Shown: positions 7,665 to 16,261, counted from the first letter of the stretch. The stretch: DNA of 16,261 bases from Candidatus Heimdallarchaeota archaeon B3_Heim (GCA_003144275.1 NJBF01000055.1:1-16261); one strand, 5' to 3'. Translations and numbers: made by a program. The notes: generated by a model not told the origin, from the sequence alone.

Positions 7665-10592
7665 TCAGGAACAATTCACACACCGAGCGATTACTTCCTC
7701 ATTCTTGATTTTGACCTTCACTCTGCCACACGAATCACAGACTTCCGTTCCACACTTTTTACAGACTGAGAGAAGTTCAGGAGCAAATGATTTTTTGCAT
7801 CCCTGACACATCTTAGGAGTATGTTCTGGACAATATGTAGCTTTTGTATTAGCATCAATTTCGCTGCATTCTCCGCATAAGGTCTGTTCACAAATCTTGC
7901 ATATTTCTGAATGATCGAGACAGGCGGTTTTACCGCATTTTTGACAAAATGAAATGTGTTCACTGCAGAATAGTTTCAAGCAAGTTGTACAGACAAACGT
8001 GGGAGGTGAAATTTCTACTGCCAACAAAGATTGATAGTAATTTTCTGTGCTTATTTGAGGGCCACAACCTTCACACATGAGCTCGGCGTTTCCATTATAC
8101 AGGTTTAAATTGAGATGGAATTGGTCTACTTCTTCAAGATCGTCCTGAAAACCTTTGACGTGGACAGAAACTAATAAACGAGGAACCCAATAAACTGATT
8201 TTTCAATAATTGAGATATCTGCCTTTCCAGGTCTATAAAGATCTGGTGGAACGCCTTGGCCTTTGAGTACTTCAATAGATTTGTGAAAAGCCTCATAATT
8301 CTCCTGTTTCTCTTTAAACAAATCTTGTCGTTTCTTTTCAGCATTAGCTATCTGCTTTCGAATTTCCTTTGTTCGTTCTTCATGTCTCATTTGTTTTGCT
8401 GAGGTGGAATCAATTGATCGCTCAATTGCTTTCACAGATCTTCCTTCTGCTATGCGAGCTTTCCTTTCCCCTTCCAAATTCTCCAACCGTACAATTGTCT
8501 CGTCGAGTTTTTGATTTTCAGTCTGTTGTTTCTCCTCTAATCCACTTATTTGGGTTGATAATTTGGTTAATTCTTTTCCCACTTTCTTTCCAGCAAGTTT
8601 GGAAATTTCTACCCTCTCAAATTCACGTAAGCGCTCCTGGTAGATAGACTCAGCCTCTGGAAAGGGATTCTGAGTAAAATACCAGATTAAATTTTCTGGA
8701 AGCTTCGTAATTACTTCTTTATCGAATTCCAGAAATTTGTAGCCTGGAGCAGGTTGAATTGCTAAATCACCAGCAGGCAGTGATGAAGCATGAATTCCCT
8801 CAATCGTTGTTGTATTCCAATCAATCTTCCGAAGATCAAAGGTACGAGCCATTTCCTCTTTGATTTGAACAGGAAATTGTAATTGGCCCTCTTTAATAGA
8901 TCGTTTTATATTAATCAAGGTCTTCGTAAAATAAAGAGGTGAATAAAAGATTTCGTTTGATTCACCAAATTCGATGTAAACACCATCCTGCTCAGGATTG
9001 TCACTAAGACTTAATCTTTTACGAATGACAGCCATATGTTCATCATTCTCGGGTTTGATCTTCGGTTTCAGATAGCGTTCTGTGATTTTTCCCATTGCTG
9101 GTTTTTTGGTATTAAAAGAAATTATTGATTTAATTTTCTTTTCTTTAGTTTCAAGAGTAGGCTTTTCCTTCTTAATGGTCACTTTTTCAGGTTTGGGGGG
9201 TTTTAACGTGAGTGCAGATATTTCTGAATTTGTTAAAGGACCTTTATGTAAGGATAACAACCATCGTGTCTTTAACATATTGACCCCATAGAGAGGGTTG
9301 TAAGCAATGAAGTTACCTGGTTTTAATGCACGAATTTTACCCATCAAAGATCTAAACTCCTCCTCCGTACCACCACCCCCTTCAAACACCGGTTTTAACG
9401 CACCTTGAACTTTAGCAATATCTTGATTGGTTGCCAACCTACCTAGTACCCAAGTGGCAATGTTTGAAAGCCCCCGATAGTCTAAATCACCAGGATTCTG
9501 AGTTGCTAAAACACACCCTAGTCCTGCTGCTCTTGCTTGCTTTAGTAATATCAATAATGCTGTTTTCGAAGGAGGACTCAAGGAACCTGCAGGCATAAAG
9601 CCATACAGCTCGTCAAAGTATATTATTGCACGTAAACGACTTGTACCACCTTTCGACCAAGCCCAACGTTGAACTTCACCTAGTATTTCTGCTACGAAAG
9701 TATTTTTTTCATCTGAATCGGTAATTTTGCGTAGGTCAAAAACAATAATAGGTGTTTTCTTCTCCTTAGTTGCTAAACCGATTAATTTATTAAAATCAAG
9801 TTCTACCCCTGGAACTGCTCGGACCATTAATGCATTTATGTTACGGGCCAATTCCTGACGTTTTGTATCAGATATGAATTTATCAATAGCCAATGATCCT
9901 ATTTTTTCAAATGGAGGGTCTTGAATCTTTTCGATTAAAAGATCCAACCCAACAACATTCTTTCTTTCATTTACCCATACGTGACGAATTATGTTGTTTA
10001 GATATATAACACGGTTATCAGTAGAGGAAGATGTACCTATCCCAACACGAGATAACAACAATTGAATTTTCAGATCTAAGGCACTCAAAACCGCATCAGG
10101 TGATTCTTCCATCATTTTACTATAATTCTTAGGTTTTTCAAAATGAGGTGTAAGAGAAATTTGGACGCCGGCGGCATTTTTAGGAGTAATTAAAACTGTA
10201 GCAATTTTATCTGAATATTCAGCTTCAGCAGAAAGGTAATCATCACCAAAAGATTCTTCCAGTTTCTCTTCATACAAATTAATCCAATCTTCTGCGATTT
10301 CTTCAGGATCTCCTCCTCCACGATCTTCAGCTTCGACTTTAGCATGAATTATCAGTCTATCTTTGGAAAAATCCCCTAAGCCTATCCCTAATGCTCCAAT
10401 ATCTCCCTTAGGATCAATTGCAATTACTGGGATACTGGATCGAATAGCTTCTTCAACTATTGACTTACACACAACAGTTTTCCCAGAACCACTTGCTCCT
10501 AACACTGCTACATGCGTCAAAAAGGCCGTAGAGGGTAATTCGAATCTTTCGCCATCATCTAAACGTCCAAGAAAAAATTTAGGATCTGCCAT
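7665..10592 (-). CDS. HerA/FtsK-superfamily (DUF87-like) P-loop ATPase with coiled coil and C-terminal tandem Cys/His zinc-binding repeats
   Basis: Walker A GASGSGKT, IAIDPKGD, Walker B IIYFDE, and KQARAAGLGCVLATQNPGDLDY. Coiled coil at about nt 8640-8270. Cys-rich tail from about 8075 to the stop. Confidence 0.88.
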   Translation of the reverse strand: MADPKFFLGRLDDGERFELPSTAFLTHVAVLGASGSGKTVVCKSIVEEAIRSSIPVIAIDPKGDIGALGIGLGDFSKDRLIIHAKVEAEDRGGGDPEEIAEDWINLYEEKLEESFGDDYLSAEAEYSDKIATVLITPKNAAGVQISLTPHFEKPKNYSKMMEESPDAVLSALDLKIQLLLSRVGIGTSSSTDNRVIYLNNIIRHVWVNERKNVVGLDLLIEKIQDPPFEKIGSLAIDKFISDTKRQELARNINALMVRAVPGVELDFNKLIGLATKEKKTPIIVFDLRKITDSDEKNTFVAEILGEVQRWAWSKGGTSRLRAIIYFDELYGFMPAGSLSPPSKTALLILLKQARAAGLGCVLATQNPGDLDYRGLSNIATWVLGRLATNQDIAKVQGALKPVFEGGGGTEEEFRSLMGKIRALKPGNFIAYNPLYGVNMLKTRWLLSLHKGPLTNSEISALTLKPPKPEKVTIKKEKPTLETKEKKIKSIISFNTKKPAMGKITERYLKPKIKPENDEHMAVIRKRLSLSDNPEQDGVYIEFGESNEIFYSPLYFTKTLINIKRSIKEGQLQFPVQIKEEMARTFDLRKIDWNTTTIEGIHASSLPAGDLAIQPAPGYKFLEFDKEVITKLPENLIWYFTQNPFPEAESIYQERLREFERVEISKLAGKKVGKELTKLSTQISGLEEKQQTENQKLDETIVRLENLEGERKARIAEGRSVKAIERSIDSTSAKQMRHEERTKEIRKQIANAEKKRQDLFKEKQENYEAFHKSIEVLKGQGVPPDLYRPGKADISIIEKSVYWVPRLLVSVHVKGFQDDLEEVDQFHLNLNLYNGNAELMCEGCGPQISTENYYQSLLAVEISPPTFVCTTCLKLFCSEHISFCQKCGKTACLDHSEICKICEQTLCGECSEIDANTKATYCPEHTPKMCQGCKKSFAPELLSVCKKCGTEVCDSCGRVKVKIKNEEVIARCVNCS

Positions 10593-10717
10593 TTTCTTTC
10601 CCTGTGTTTGATTCTTTGAAAATGAATTAAATTAATAAATGAATCCTTTAGATCACGGAATAAATCGTATTAATCTATTATGAAAATACTAGGAAATATT
10701 TACTATTTTGGAGTTTG

Positions 10718-11743
10718 ATGATGTCTTCTGCAAAATTTCCAGTTATTAAATTAAAGGGAAGCCCAGAAGATATTGGTTTTAAACATGGGGATATATTAAA
10801 AGATAGAATTCATTCTACAGTCGATTGGTATAAAAAGACCATAGGGAGAGATGAAAACCAACTATTGAAGATATCTTCTAACTTTAAATCAGTAATCAAT
10901 CATTTTAATCCTAGTTATGTAACTGAAATAGATGCTATCGCAGCTGGTGCAGACATCAATCCAGCTTGGATTTACATGCTGAATGCTCGTTCTGAAATTA
11001 TGAACATTTTTCAGAATGAATGTACAGCAGTCTTTTTCAAGGCTTCAGCTATTTTAGGACAAAATTGGGATTGGGCTCAGAACCTAGAGAACTTAGCTGT
11101 CATTATGAGAATGGAAATAGAAGATAGACCTGATATACTCATGATGACCGAGCCTGGTATAATTGGAAAAATAGGATTTAATTCGGATGGAGTAGGAGTC
11201 TGTTTAAATTTTTTAGATTCTGGAAGGCCAACTCAAGGTGTTCCAATTCATCTCATCCTCAGAAAAGTGTTAGAATCATCAACTATTGATAAAGCTGTGA
11301 AATCTATTGATCCTTTTATGGCAGGTAAATCTGCAAATATTCTAATAGGGGACTCTAAAGGGAAATTTATTGATATTGAATTTGCAAATGATAAAATATA
11401 TCGACCTTTGGCAGACAATGATATTTTCTTACATACCAATCATTACCTGGAAAATGACGAACTTAACCATGATAAAGAGAAATTAGCTAGTTCTTTCAAT
11501 AGGTATCGAACAGGCATGAGACTAATACAAAATAGACACCTACAATCGGTTGATGATATGAAACAAGTCTTATTGGATCGCTCAGAGGAAGATCTACCAA
11601 TCTGTCGTCATTACGTTGAAAATCCCGATATAGGTACAGTAGGAACGATTTGTACAGTAATCATGGACTTAAGAAGGCTACGGATGCACATCACTAGAGG
11701 CAATCCAATAGCAACTCCATTTTCAGTGATAAATCTTATTTAG
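10718..11743 (+). CDS. Peptidase C45 family (Ntn-hydrolase, acyl-CoA:6-APA acyltransferase-like)
   Basis: GSPEDIGFKHG N-terminus, N-terminal nucleophile context ECT...LGQNWDW, IGFNSDGVGVCLN, HTNHY and SSFNRY. Start could be 10715, 10718 or 10721. Confidence 0.88.
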   Translation: MMSSAKFPVIKLKGSPEDIGFKHGDILKDRIHSTVDWYKKTIGRDENQLLKISSNFKSVINHFNPSYVTEIDAIAAGADINPAWIYMLNARSEIMNIFQNECTAVFFKASAILGQNWDWAQNLENLAVIMRMEIEDRPDILMMTEPGIIGKIGFNSDGVGVCLNFLDSGRPTQGVPIHLILRKVLESSTIDKAVKSIDPFMAGKSANILIGDSKGKFIDIEFANDKIYRPLADNDIFLHTNHYLENDELNHDKEKLASSFNRYRTGMRLIQNRHLQSVDDMKQVLLDRSEEDLPICRHYVENPDIGTVGTICTVIMDLRRLRMHITRGNPIATPFSVINLI

Positions 11744-11817
11744 GGGATTCTTCAGGATTATCACTATCGTTTGTATTTAAAGTGGGATATTAAAGCAAAA
11801 TCTGTGATGTTATTCAT

Positions 11818-12858
11818 ATGACTGAATATTCTATTGAGGTATTTGACCCTCCTAAAGTTGCTGATGAAGAAGTTTGGGACAATCTCTACAAATTTTACTT
11901 AGCGTTCTTCAATGACATGTATCCTAATGATCCAGTCACTCCCAAAGCACGTCTAATAAAATCATTAAAAGACCCACATCCTCATTATCATATTAACTAC
12001 TGGCTGATTTTTACTCTTGATAAAACTATCATTGGCTGGGCCAATAGCTATATTTCGAAAAAAACAAACCCTGCATACGATACAAATAAGCATATAGCAG
12101 AATGTAATACTATTATATTGAAAGAGCATCGTCGTAATGGATTAGGGACCAAACTTTTACAGAATCATGTTAATTTAGCAAAGAAACATAATAGAACTCT
12201 TATACAGTCTGGGACAACTGAAGAATCAGGACATAACTTCCTCAAAAAATTTGGAGGAAAAGAGGCCATTCAAGGCTCTGAAAATCGTCTGCAAATGAAG
12301 GAAGTAGAATGGTCATTGATGAAGCAGTGGATTGATGATGGGCCAAAAAGAGCCAAGGGTGTAACTCTCGAACGGTTTGTTGATGTTTCTGAAAGTGATA
12401 TTGAAGAGTATTGCATTATTTATACTGAAACTATGAATCAACAACCTTTTGGAGAGCTTGAAGGCAGAGCTAGACAAACTCCTGAATCACGAAGGTTAAG
12501 CGAGGAGAGGATCCGAAAAAGGGAAGGTAAATGGACTACTCTAATTTCAAGAGAAAAAGATGGGCCAATTAGTGGTTTAACGGAAATTATTTTCTTTCCA
12601 GATAAACCTACGATGCTCTACCAAGATCTAACTGGAGTTAAAGAGGAGTATCGTGGACGAGGTCTTGGCAAATGGCTGAAAGCATCAATGTTATACTGGA
12701 TTAGCAGCGAATACCCAGAGGTCAAAACAATTATCACTGGGAATGCAACGGAGAATGCTCCAATGCTATCCATTAACGAGAGAATGGGTTTTAAGGAATA
12801 TAAATCTGGGACAGAGTACAAGGTTCAGGTTGAAGAACTTGAAAAACTATTAGCATAA
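11818..12858 (+). CDS. Tandem (two-domain) GNAT acetyltransferase
   Basis: Two CoA-binding motifs: ILKEHRRNGLGTKLL and TGVKEEYRGRGLGKWLK...TGNATENAPMLSINERMGF. Confidence 0.9.
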   Translation: MTEYSIEVFDPPKVADEEVWDNLYKFYLAFFNDMYPNDPVTPKARLIKSLKDPHPHYHINYWLIFTLDKTIIGWANSYISKKTNPAYDTNKHIAECNTIILKEHRRNGLGTKLLQNHVNLAKKHNRTLIQSGTTEESGHNFLKKFGGKEAIQGSENRLQMKEVEWSLMKQWIDDGPKRAKGVTLERFVDVSESDIEEYCIIYTETMNQQPFGELEGRARQTPESRRLSEERIRKREGKWTTLISREKDGPISGLTEIIFFPDKPTMLYQDLTGVKEEYRGRGLGKWLKASMLYWISSEYPEVKTIITGNATENAPMLSINERMGFKEYKSGTEYKVQVEELEKLLA

Positions 12859-13189
12859 GTCAATCTAGTCGACAGGATTTTCCTTCTAATCCAAATATCT
12901 AGCCAATATTCCTCATTTCTTTATTTTCTTCCCTCTAAAACCTTTGGGAGAACATTGCTAAAAATCATTTTTTGCATTCTAACTAGATTTTTACGAATAG
13001 AATCTTTCATTAAAACAAATAATATTCATAATACATATAATTTAAGATAACTTAGGACGCATTATTAGCTTCCCTAGGACTCTATCGAACGAAAAATGCT
13101 TTAATTCATCTCAAAACTCGTGTAAATGGAGAGATGACAATCTACAAAGCGAGATTTTGTAATAGATTACTATAAGGAGATACGTATTA

Positions 13190-13777
13190 GTGGTAAATAT
13201 TGGAATTTTAGGTGACATGAATTGCGGGAAAACATCAGTATTTGTACGATTTATGAATTCATTAGCCGCCACTAATGAGAAAATTATTTCTGGTTCCCCA
13301 GGAGGCCCAGAGATGTACACCACTCAAACTGTAGATTTCATAAGATTTACCCATAGGGGATTTATTCATGTTTTATACGGCACAGGTGGTCACACTACTC
13401 CTATCACTGATTACTACCGTGTATATGTCTTAAGAAATGCTAACCGCTTTCTATGCATGTTCGATTTGTCTAAAGACTTAGAAAGACAACTTAAATTCTA
13501 CGAGAATCTCCAAATTCCTACCAAACAAGTCACTATCTTTCTTAATAAATTTGATTTAGCAAATGATAATTTTGATGATTATAAAGAGAAAATTGAAGAT
13601 TTTTTCATCAATAAGCAAAAAAAGCTTGTCAAATTTATCCTTCCTACTGTTGCTATTAAGGTTGAAGACGGTCAATTCCAAAAGGAAACCCAGAACTGTT
13701 TAACTGGTATCCTGGATCTGTGTGAATTTGATAAAGATTCTTCTGCATTTGATGTTTGGGATGGTCAAGGAGGGTAA
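13190..13777 (+). CDS. Small GTPase, MglA/Ras-like
   Basis: G1 GDMNCGKT, G2 TTQTVDF, G3-position YGTGGH, G4 NKFD, G5-position TVA. GTG start with AAGGAGA RBS 9 nt upstream. Confidence 0.85.
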   Translation: MVNIGILGDMNCGKTSVFVRFMNSLAATNEKIISGSPGGPEMYTTQTVDFIRFTHRGFIHVLYGTGGHTTPITDYYRVYVLRNANRFLCMFDLSKDLERQLKFYENLQIPTKQVTIFLNKFDLANDNFDDYKEKIEDFFINKQKKLVKFILPTVAIKVEDGQFQKETQNCLTGILDLCEFDKDSSAFDVWDGQGG

Positions 13778-13781
13778 TTTA

Positions 13782-14684
13782 ATGGAATCAGATCCGTTCG
13801 TTAGATTAGTTGATACTTTATCAGTAATCGAAAATCAGGATCGCATTCTATGTTTAACAGCGGTTTATATCGGTCAAAAGGCAGACAAGAATACTATTCA
13901 GGGCATCACAGACATTCTTTCATGTCTATTAGGAAAAGAAGATGAATACACAACCACAAAAACTCGTGGATTAATAACCTCACTGGTAAATGGTGGGATT
14001 CTGGAACGTGAACGTGAAAAAGTTATTAGCTCAACTAGAGTATCTTTTCATTCTATAAGTCCTTTAGGTTATATTGTTCTCGCTTATGTTCTTGTAACTT
14101 ATGTCCTAAGAGAAGATCCATCTTCAATTGCATGGGATAACGCAAAATTTCAAGATTATGCTGATTCAGAAGATAAGCTTGTCCTATTCATTATTAATAC
14201 ACTGCTTGTTCAAATTCCGAGTACTAAACGTATTCTAACATCTTTACAATCTGGAAAGGAGCCGCGGAGGATTAAACTAACTAAACCTCTTTCTTTCCCC
14301 GTTTATAAAATTTTTAGCGGAAAAAGTGGTTACAACGTCTTTAAACTACTAGAGGAAGTAATATGGGATCATCTCCAATTTAATGTCGGATTATCCAAGA
14401 CCGAACTATCAAAAAACTTTTCAGGACCAATTGGTGGTTATCTGAATAAACTTTCAACCTTCTTCATGACAGAAGAAAATTGGGGTAAAAATAAACGTTT
14501 CAAACTTTCAATTCGAGGTGTTTTCTTACTACCTGTTTTTGCCTTATTAATAAAGTCGTTATCGGTTGATAAAACTATTTTCCAGTCATTGATAATTACT
14601 AAGCTAGATGAAAATGATAATTTATGGATTCGTTTCACTCAGTTGGGACACTCGTTTTTTAAAAACGTCTTTAGGATCTCCTGA
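13782..14684 (+). CDS. Hypothetical protein, 300 aa, with two putative winged-helix domains
   Basis: ATG 13782 lies 4 nt after the GTPase stop with AGGAGG in the GTPase 3' end, so it is preferred over 13722. There are two helix-helix-wing-like segments: LITSLVNGGILERE...FHSISPLG and LSKTELSKNF...GYLNKL...KRFKLSIRG. Confidence 0.7.
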   Translation: MESDPFVRLVDTLSVIENQDRILCLTAVYIGQKADKNTIQGITDILSCLLGKEDEYTTTKTRGLITSLVNGGILEREREKVISSTRVSFHSISPLGYIVLAYVLVTYVLREDPSSIAWDNAKFQDYADSEDKLVLFIINTLLVQIPSTKRILTSLQSGKEPRRIKLTKPLSFPVYKIFSGKSGYNVFKLLEEVIWDHLQFNVGLSKTELSKNFSGPIGGYLNKLSTFFMTEENWGKNKRFKLSIRGVFLLPVFALLIKSLSVDKTIFQSLIITKLDENDNLWIRFTQLGHSFFKNVFRIS

Positions 14685-14867
14685 AGTAGAAGAGTAATCT
14701 ACTGATATCGGAAAGGACAATCTAAATGATTGAATTTTTATATTTAATTTATTGCCTAAAATAATGAGCATTATCAAATACATTGAACAGATTATTACTA
14801 AGTAAAATGAGGTGTAAATCCTTATCATATTTATATTGTAGTGATTAAAAGAATTAGATGAACTGAA

Positions 14868-15758
14868 TTGAGAGAAAAAAGAAACCATACTCGGAGCGAA
14901 AAAATACTATTATCCAAAATACCACCAAAAGAACTAGAGTTTATTGAAAAACTAGAATCACAAATAGGACTGGTACATATAGGTGAATCAGACGATTATG
15001 GAGGTATTCGTATAGAAAATAGTCACATTGCAGGAATATTTTTGGAATATAGATCGTTGACTGAAGTACCTGATTGTATAAATAATTTAACAGAATTAAA
15101 AGATGTAATTCTTGATAATAATGACTTAATATCGTTACCAGAGAGTTTAACTAAACTTACAAAGCTTGAATATCTGTGTTTGAGTGAAAATAATTTCATG
15201 TTTCTTTCTGATGGTCTAGGTCGATGGTTAATCGAACAGGAGGATGCAGGGTGTGAAATTACTGGTATTTCTACTAAAAGAATAAAAACACTATGGGAGA
15301 TACCACCCGAAGAAAAAGAGTTTATTCTGAAACTAGAAAAATTTACAGGGTTGCTACCTTTATGGCAAAATGATATAGAGAATCGTCCTCCAAGTGCGGG
15401 AAAATCACAGGTAAGTTTTTTTTCAGTAGAAGATAACCATATAAATATTGTTAGAATAAAAGATCATAATTGTGATGGTCATTCAACAAGTATACTTGAA
15501 CCACTCTCTTACATAGGGAATCTCAAGAATTTAGAAGAATTGACAATTGCTGGCTACAAATCTGAGTGGTCAATGATCCAGACCATCATAAAGCAAAAGT
15601 TTCCAGACAGATTCGTGGTAAGATTCTGTGATTATGAAATTAACTATATTATGGAAATCTGTTTCTTTCCCAAGGATGGACTTGAGGGATTGGATGGTAT
15701 ATTTGGTTTATCTTACAAGGGTAGATCACCTCAAAAATATTATGGTGGGATTCGGTGA
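14868..15758 (+). CDS. Leucine-rich repeat protein with duplicated N-cap module
   Basis: 23-aa-type LRRs LTEVPDCINNLTELKDVILDNNDLISLPESLTKLTKLEYLCLSENNF. The cap IPPKELEFIEKLE recurs as IPPEEKEFILKLE. Confidence 0.8.
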   Translation: MREKRNHTRSEKILLSKIPPKELEFIEKLESQIGLVHIGESDDYGGIRIENSHIAGIFLEYRSLTEVPDCINNLTELKDVILDNNDLISLPESLTKLTKLEYLCLSENNFMFLSDGLGRWLIEQEDAGCEITGISTKRIKTLWEIPPEEKEFILKLEKFTGLLPLWQNDIENRPPSAGKSQVSFFSVEDNHINIVRIKDHNCDGHSTSILEPLSYIGNLKNLEELTIAGYKSEWSMIQTIIKQKFPDRFVVRFCDYEINYIMEICFFPKDGLEGLDGIFGLSYKGRSPQKYYGGIR

Positions 15759-15886
15759 TAAATAAAACAAAAAACAGTTATGTATTATTTGAAAAATCAG
15801 AAAAGTACTAAATAAAATCGCTAAAAAGTCCAGACTAATTATTTCTTCTTCAGAATCAGTCATATATTTCTTTCAGTTAATTTTAT

Positions 15887-16261
15887 ATCTCGAATGATGA
15901 GTAAGTCACCATCGGGGAGTAATGACGGAGCTGACCCATAAGCATTTAACTTCTGAGCCAAATGTTTTTCTATGATAGCGAATCAAGAAATACACTCGTT
16001 AGAAAACGGACTCCGTCACTATCCCTCACGGACAGTCCAAGTTTTTAAAACTACCCATCTGACCCGTATTCTCAGAAAACACATTCACGAGACAGATGCC
16101 GACAAAAATCGGAAAGAATTTAGCTGCGAACAGTGGATTAAAGGTCTTTCCTTGATGCAGATTCAGAAATTCGAAGCGGTACGACCCTTTGTGCGACAGC
16201 TAGAGCAAAATAGATCCTGGCAAGCTATTTGTGGTTATCAAGGAAACGTACCCACTCAAGG
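15887..16261 (+). mobile_element. Left end of a putative insertion sequence (truncated by the window edge)
   Basis: Candidate terminal inverted repeat at 15887-15904 followed by a transposase-like ORF. The exact boundary is uncertain. Confidence 0.55.
15972..16261 (+). CDS. Putative DDE transposase N-terminus (IS4/IS5/IS1182-like), partial
   Basis: Open frame from ATG 15972 to the window end, translated by hand: MIANQEIHSLENGLRHYPSRTVQVFKTTHLTRILRKHIHETDADKNRKEFSCEQWIKGLSLMQIQKFEAVRPFVRQLEQNRSWQAICGYQGNVPTQG. The FVRQLEQNRSWQAICGY...VPTQ segment resembles the N-terminal helical (DUF772-like) region of these transposases. It is absent from the ORF track, presumably because it has no stop in the window. 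Confidence 0.7.
   Translation, partial: MIANQEIHSLENGLRHYPSRTVQVFKTTHLTRILRKHIHETDADKNRKEFSCEQWIKGLSLMQIQKFEAVRPFVRQLEQNRSWQAICGYQGNVPTQ

Noticed and set aside
7718-10611. Four short ORFs inside the ATPase gene (7718-7963 minus; 8369-8647, 9082-9291 and 10363-10611 plus)
   Set aside because: Shadow or antisense frames of a well-supported 975-aa gene.
11248-14888. Antisense ORFs 11248-11439, 12618-12821, 13111-13323, 14438-14638 and 14622-14888
   Set aside because: They lie opposite well-supported genes or in AT-rich spacers, with no RBS or motif support.

Overview
AT-rich archaeal-type window. A Ras/MglA-like small GTPase and an LRR protein with an N-cap module suggest an Asgard archaeon (inference). 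From left to right it holds a HEPN-domain gene split by one in-frame TAA, a small acidic ORF, and a block of single genes (Cys-rich membrane protein, flavodoxin, clostripain). These are followed by a rubrerythrin-like protein, a Nudix hydrolase, a GNAT, a 975-aa HerA/DUF87-like ATPase with a tandem Cys/His zinc-finger tail, a C45 peptidase, a tandem GNAT, a small GTPase plus tandem winged-helix gene pair, and an LRR protein. The window ends in the 5' part of an IS-type transposase that the ORF track missed. The most striking unexplained structure is four related intergenic sites (about 2008, 2745, 3452 and 4974; shared core TAA[C/T]CA-N6) that each separate single genes. This resembles a gene-cassette array, but I see no canonical attC hairpins and no recombinase in the window. 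An 18-bp imperfect inverted repeat at 111-128 and 15887-15904 suggests IS ends at both window edges. No rRNA, tRNA or CRISPR array was recognised. All family assignments are from motif recognition by eye, not database searches.
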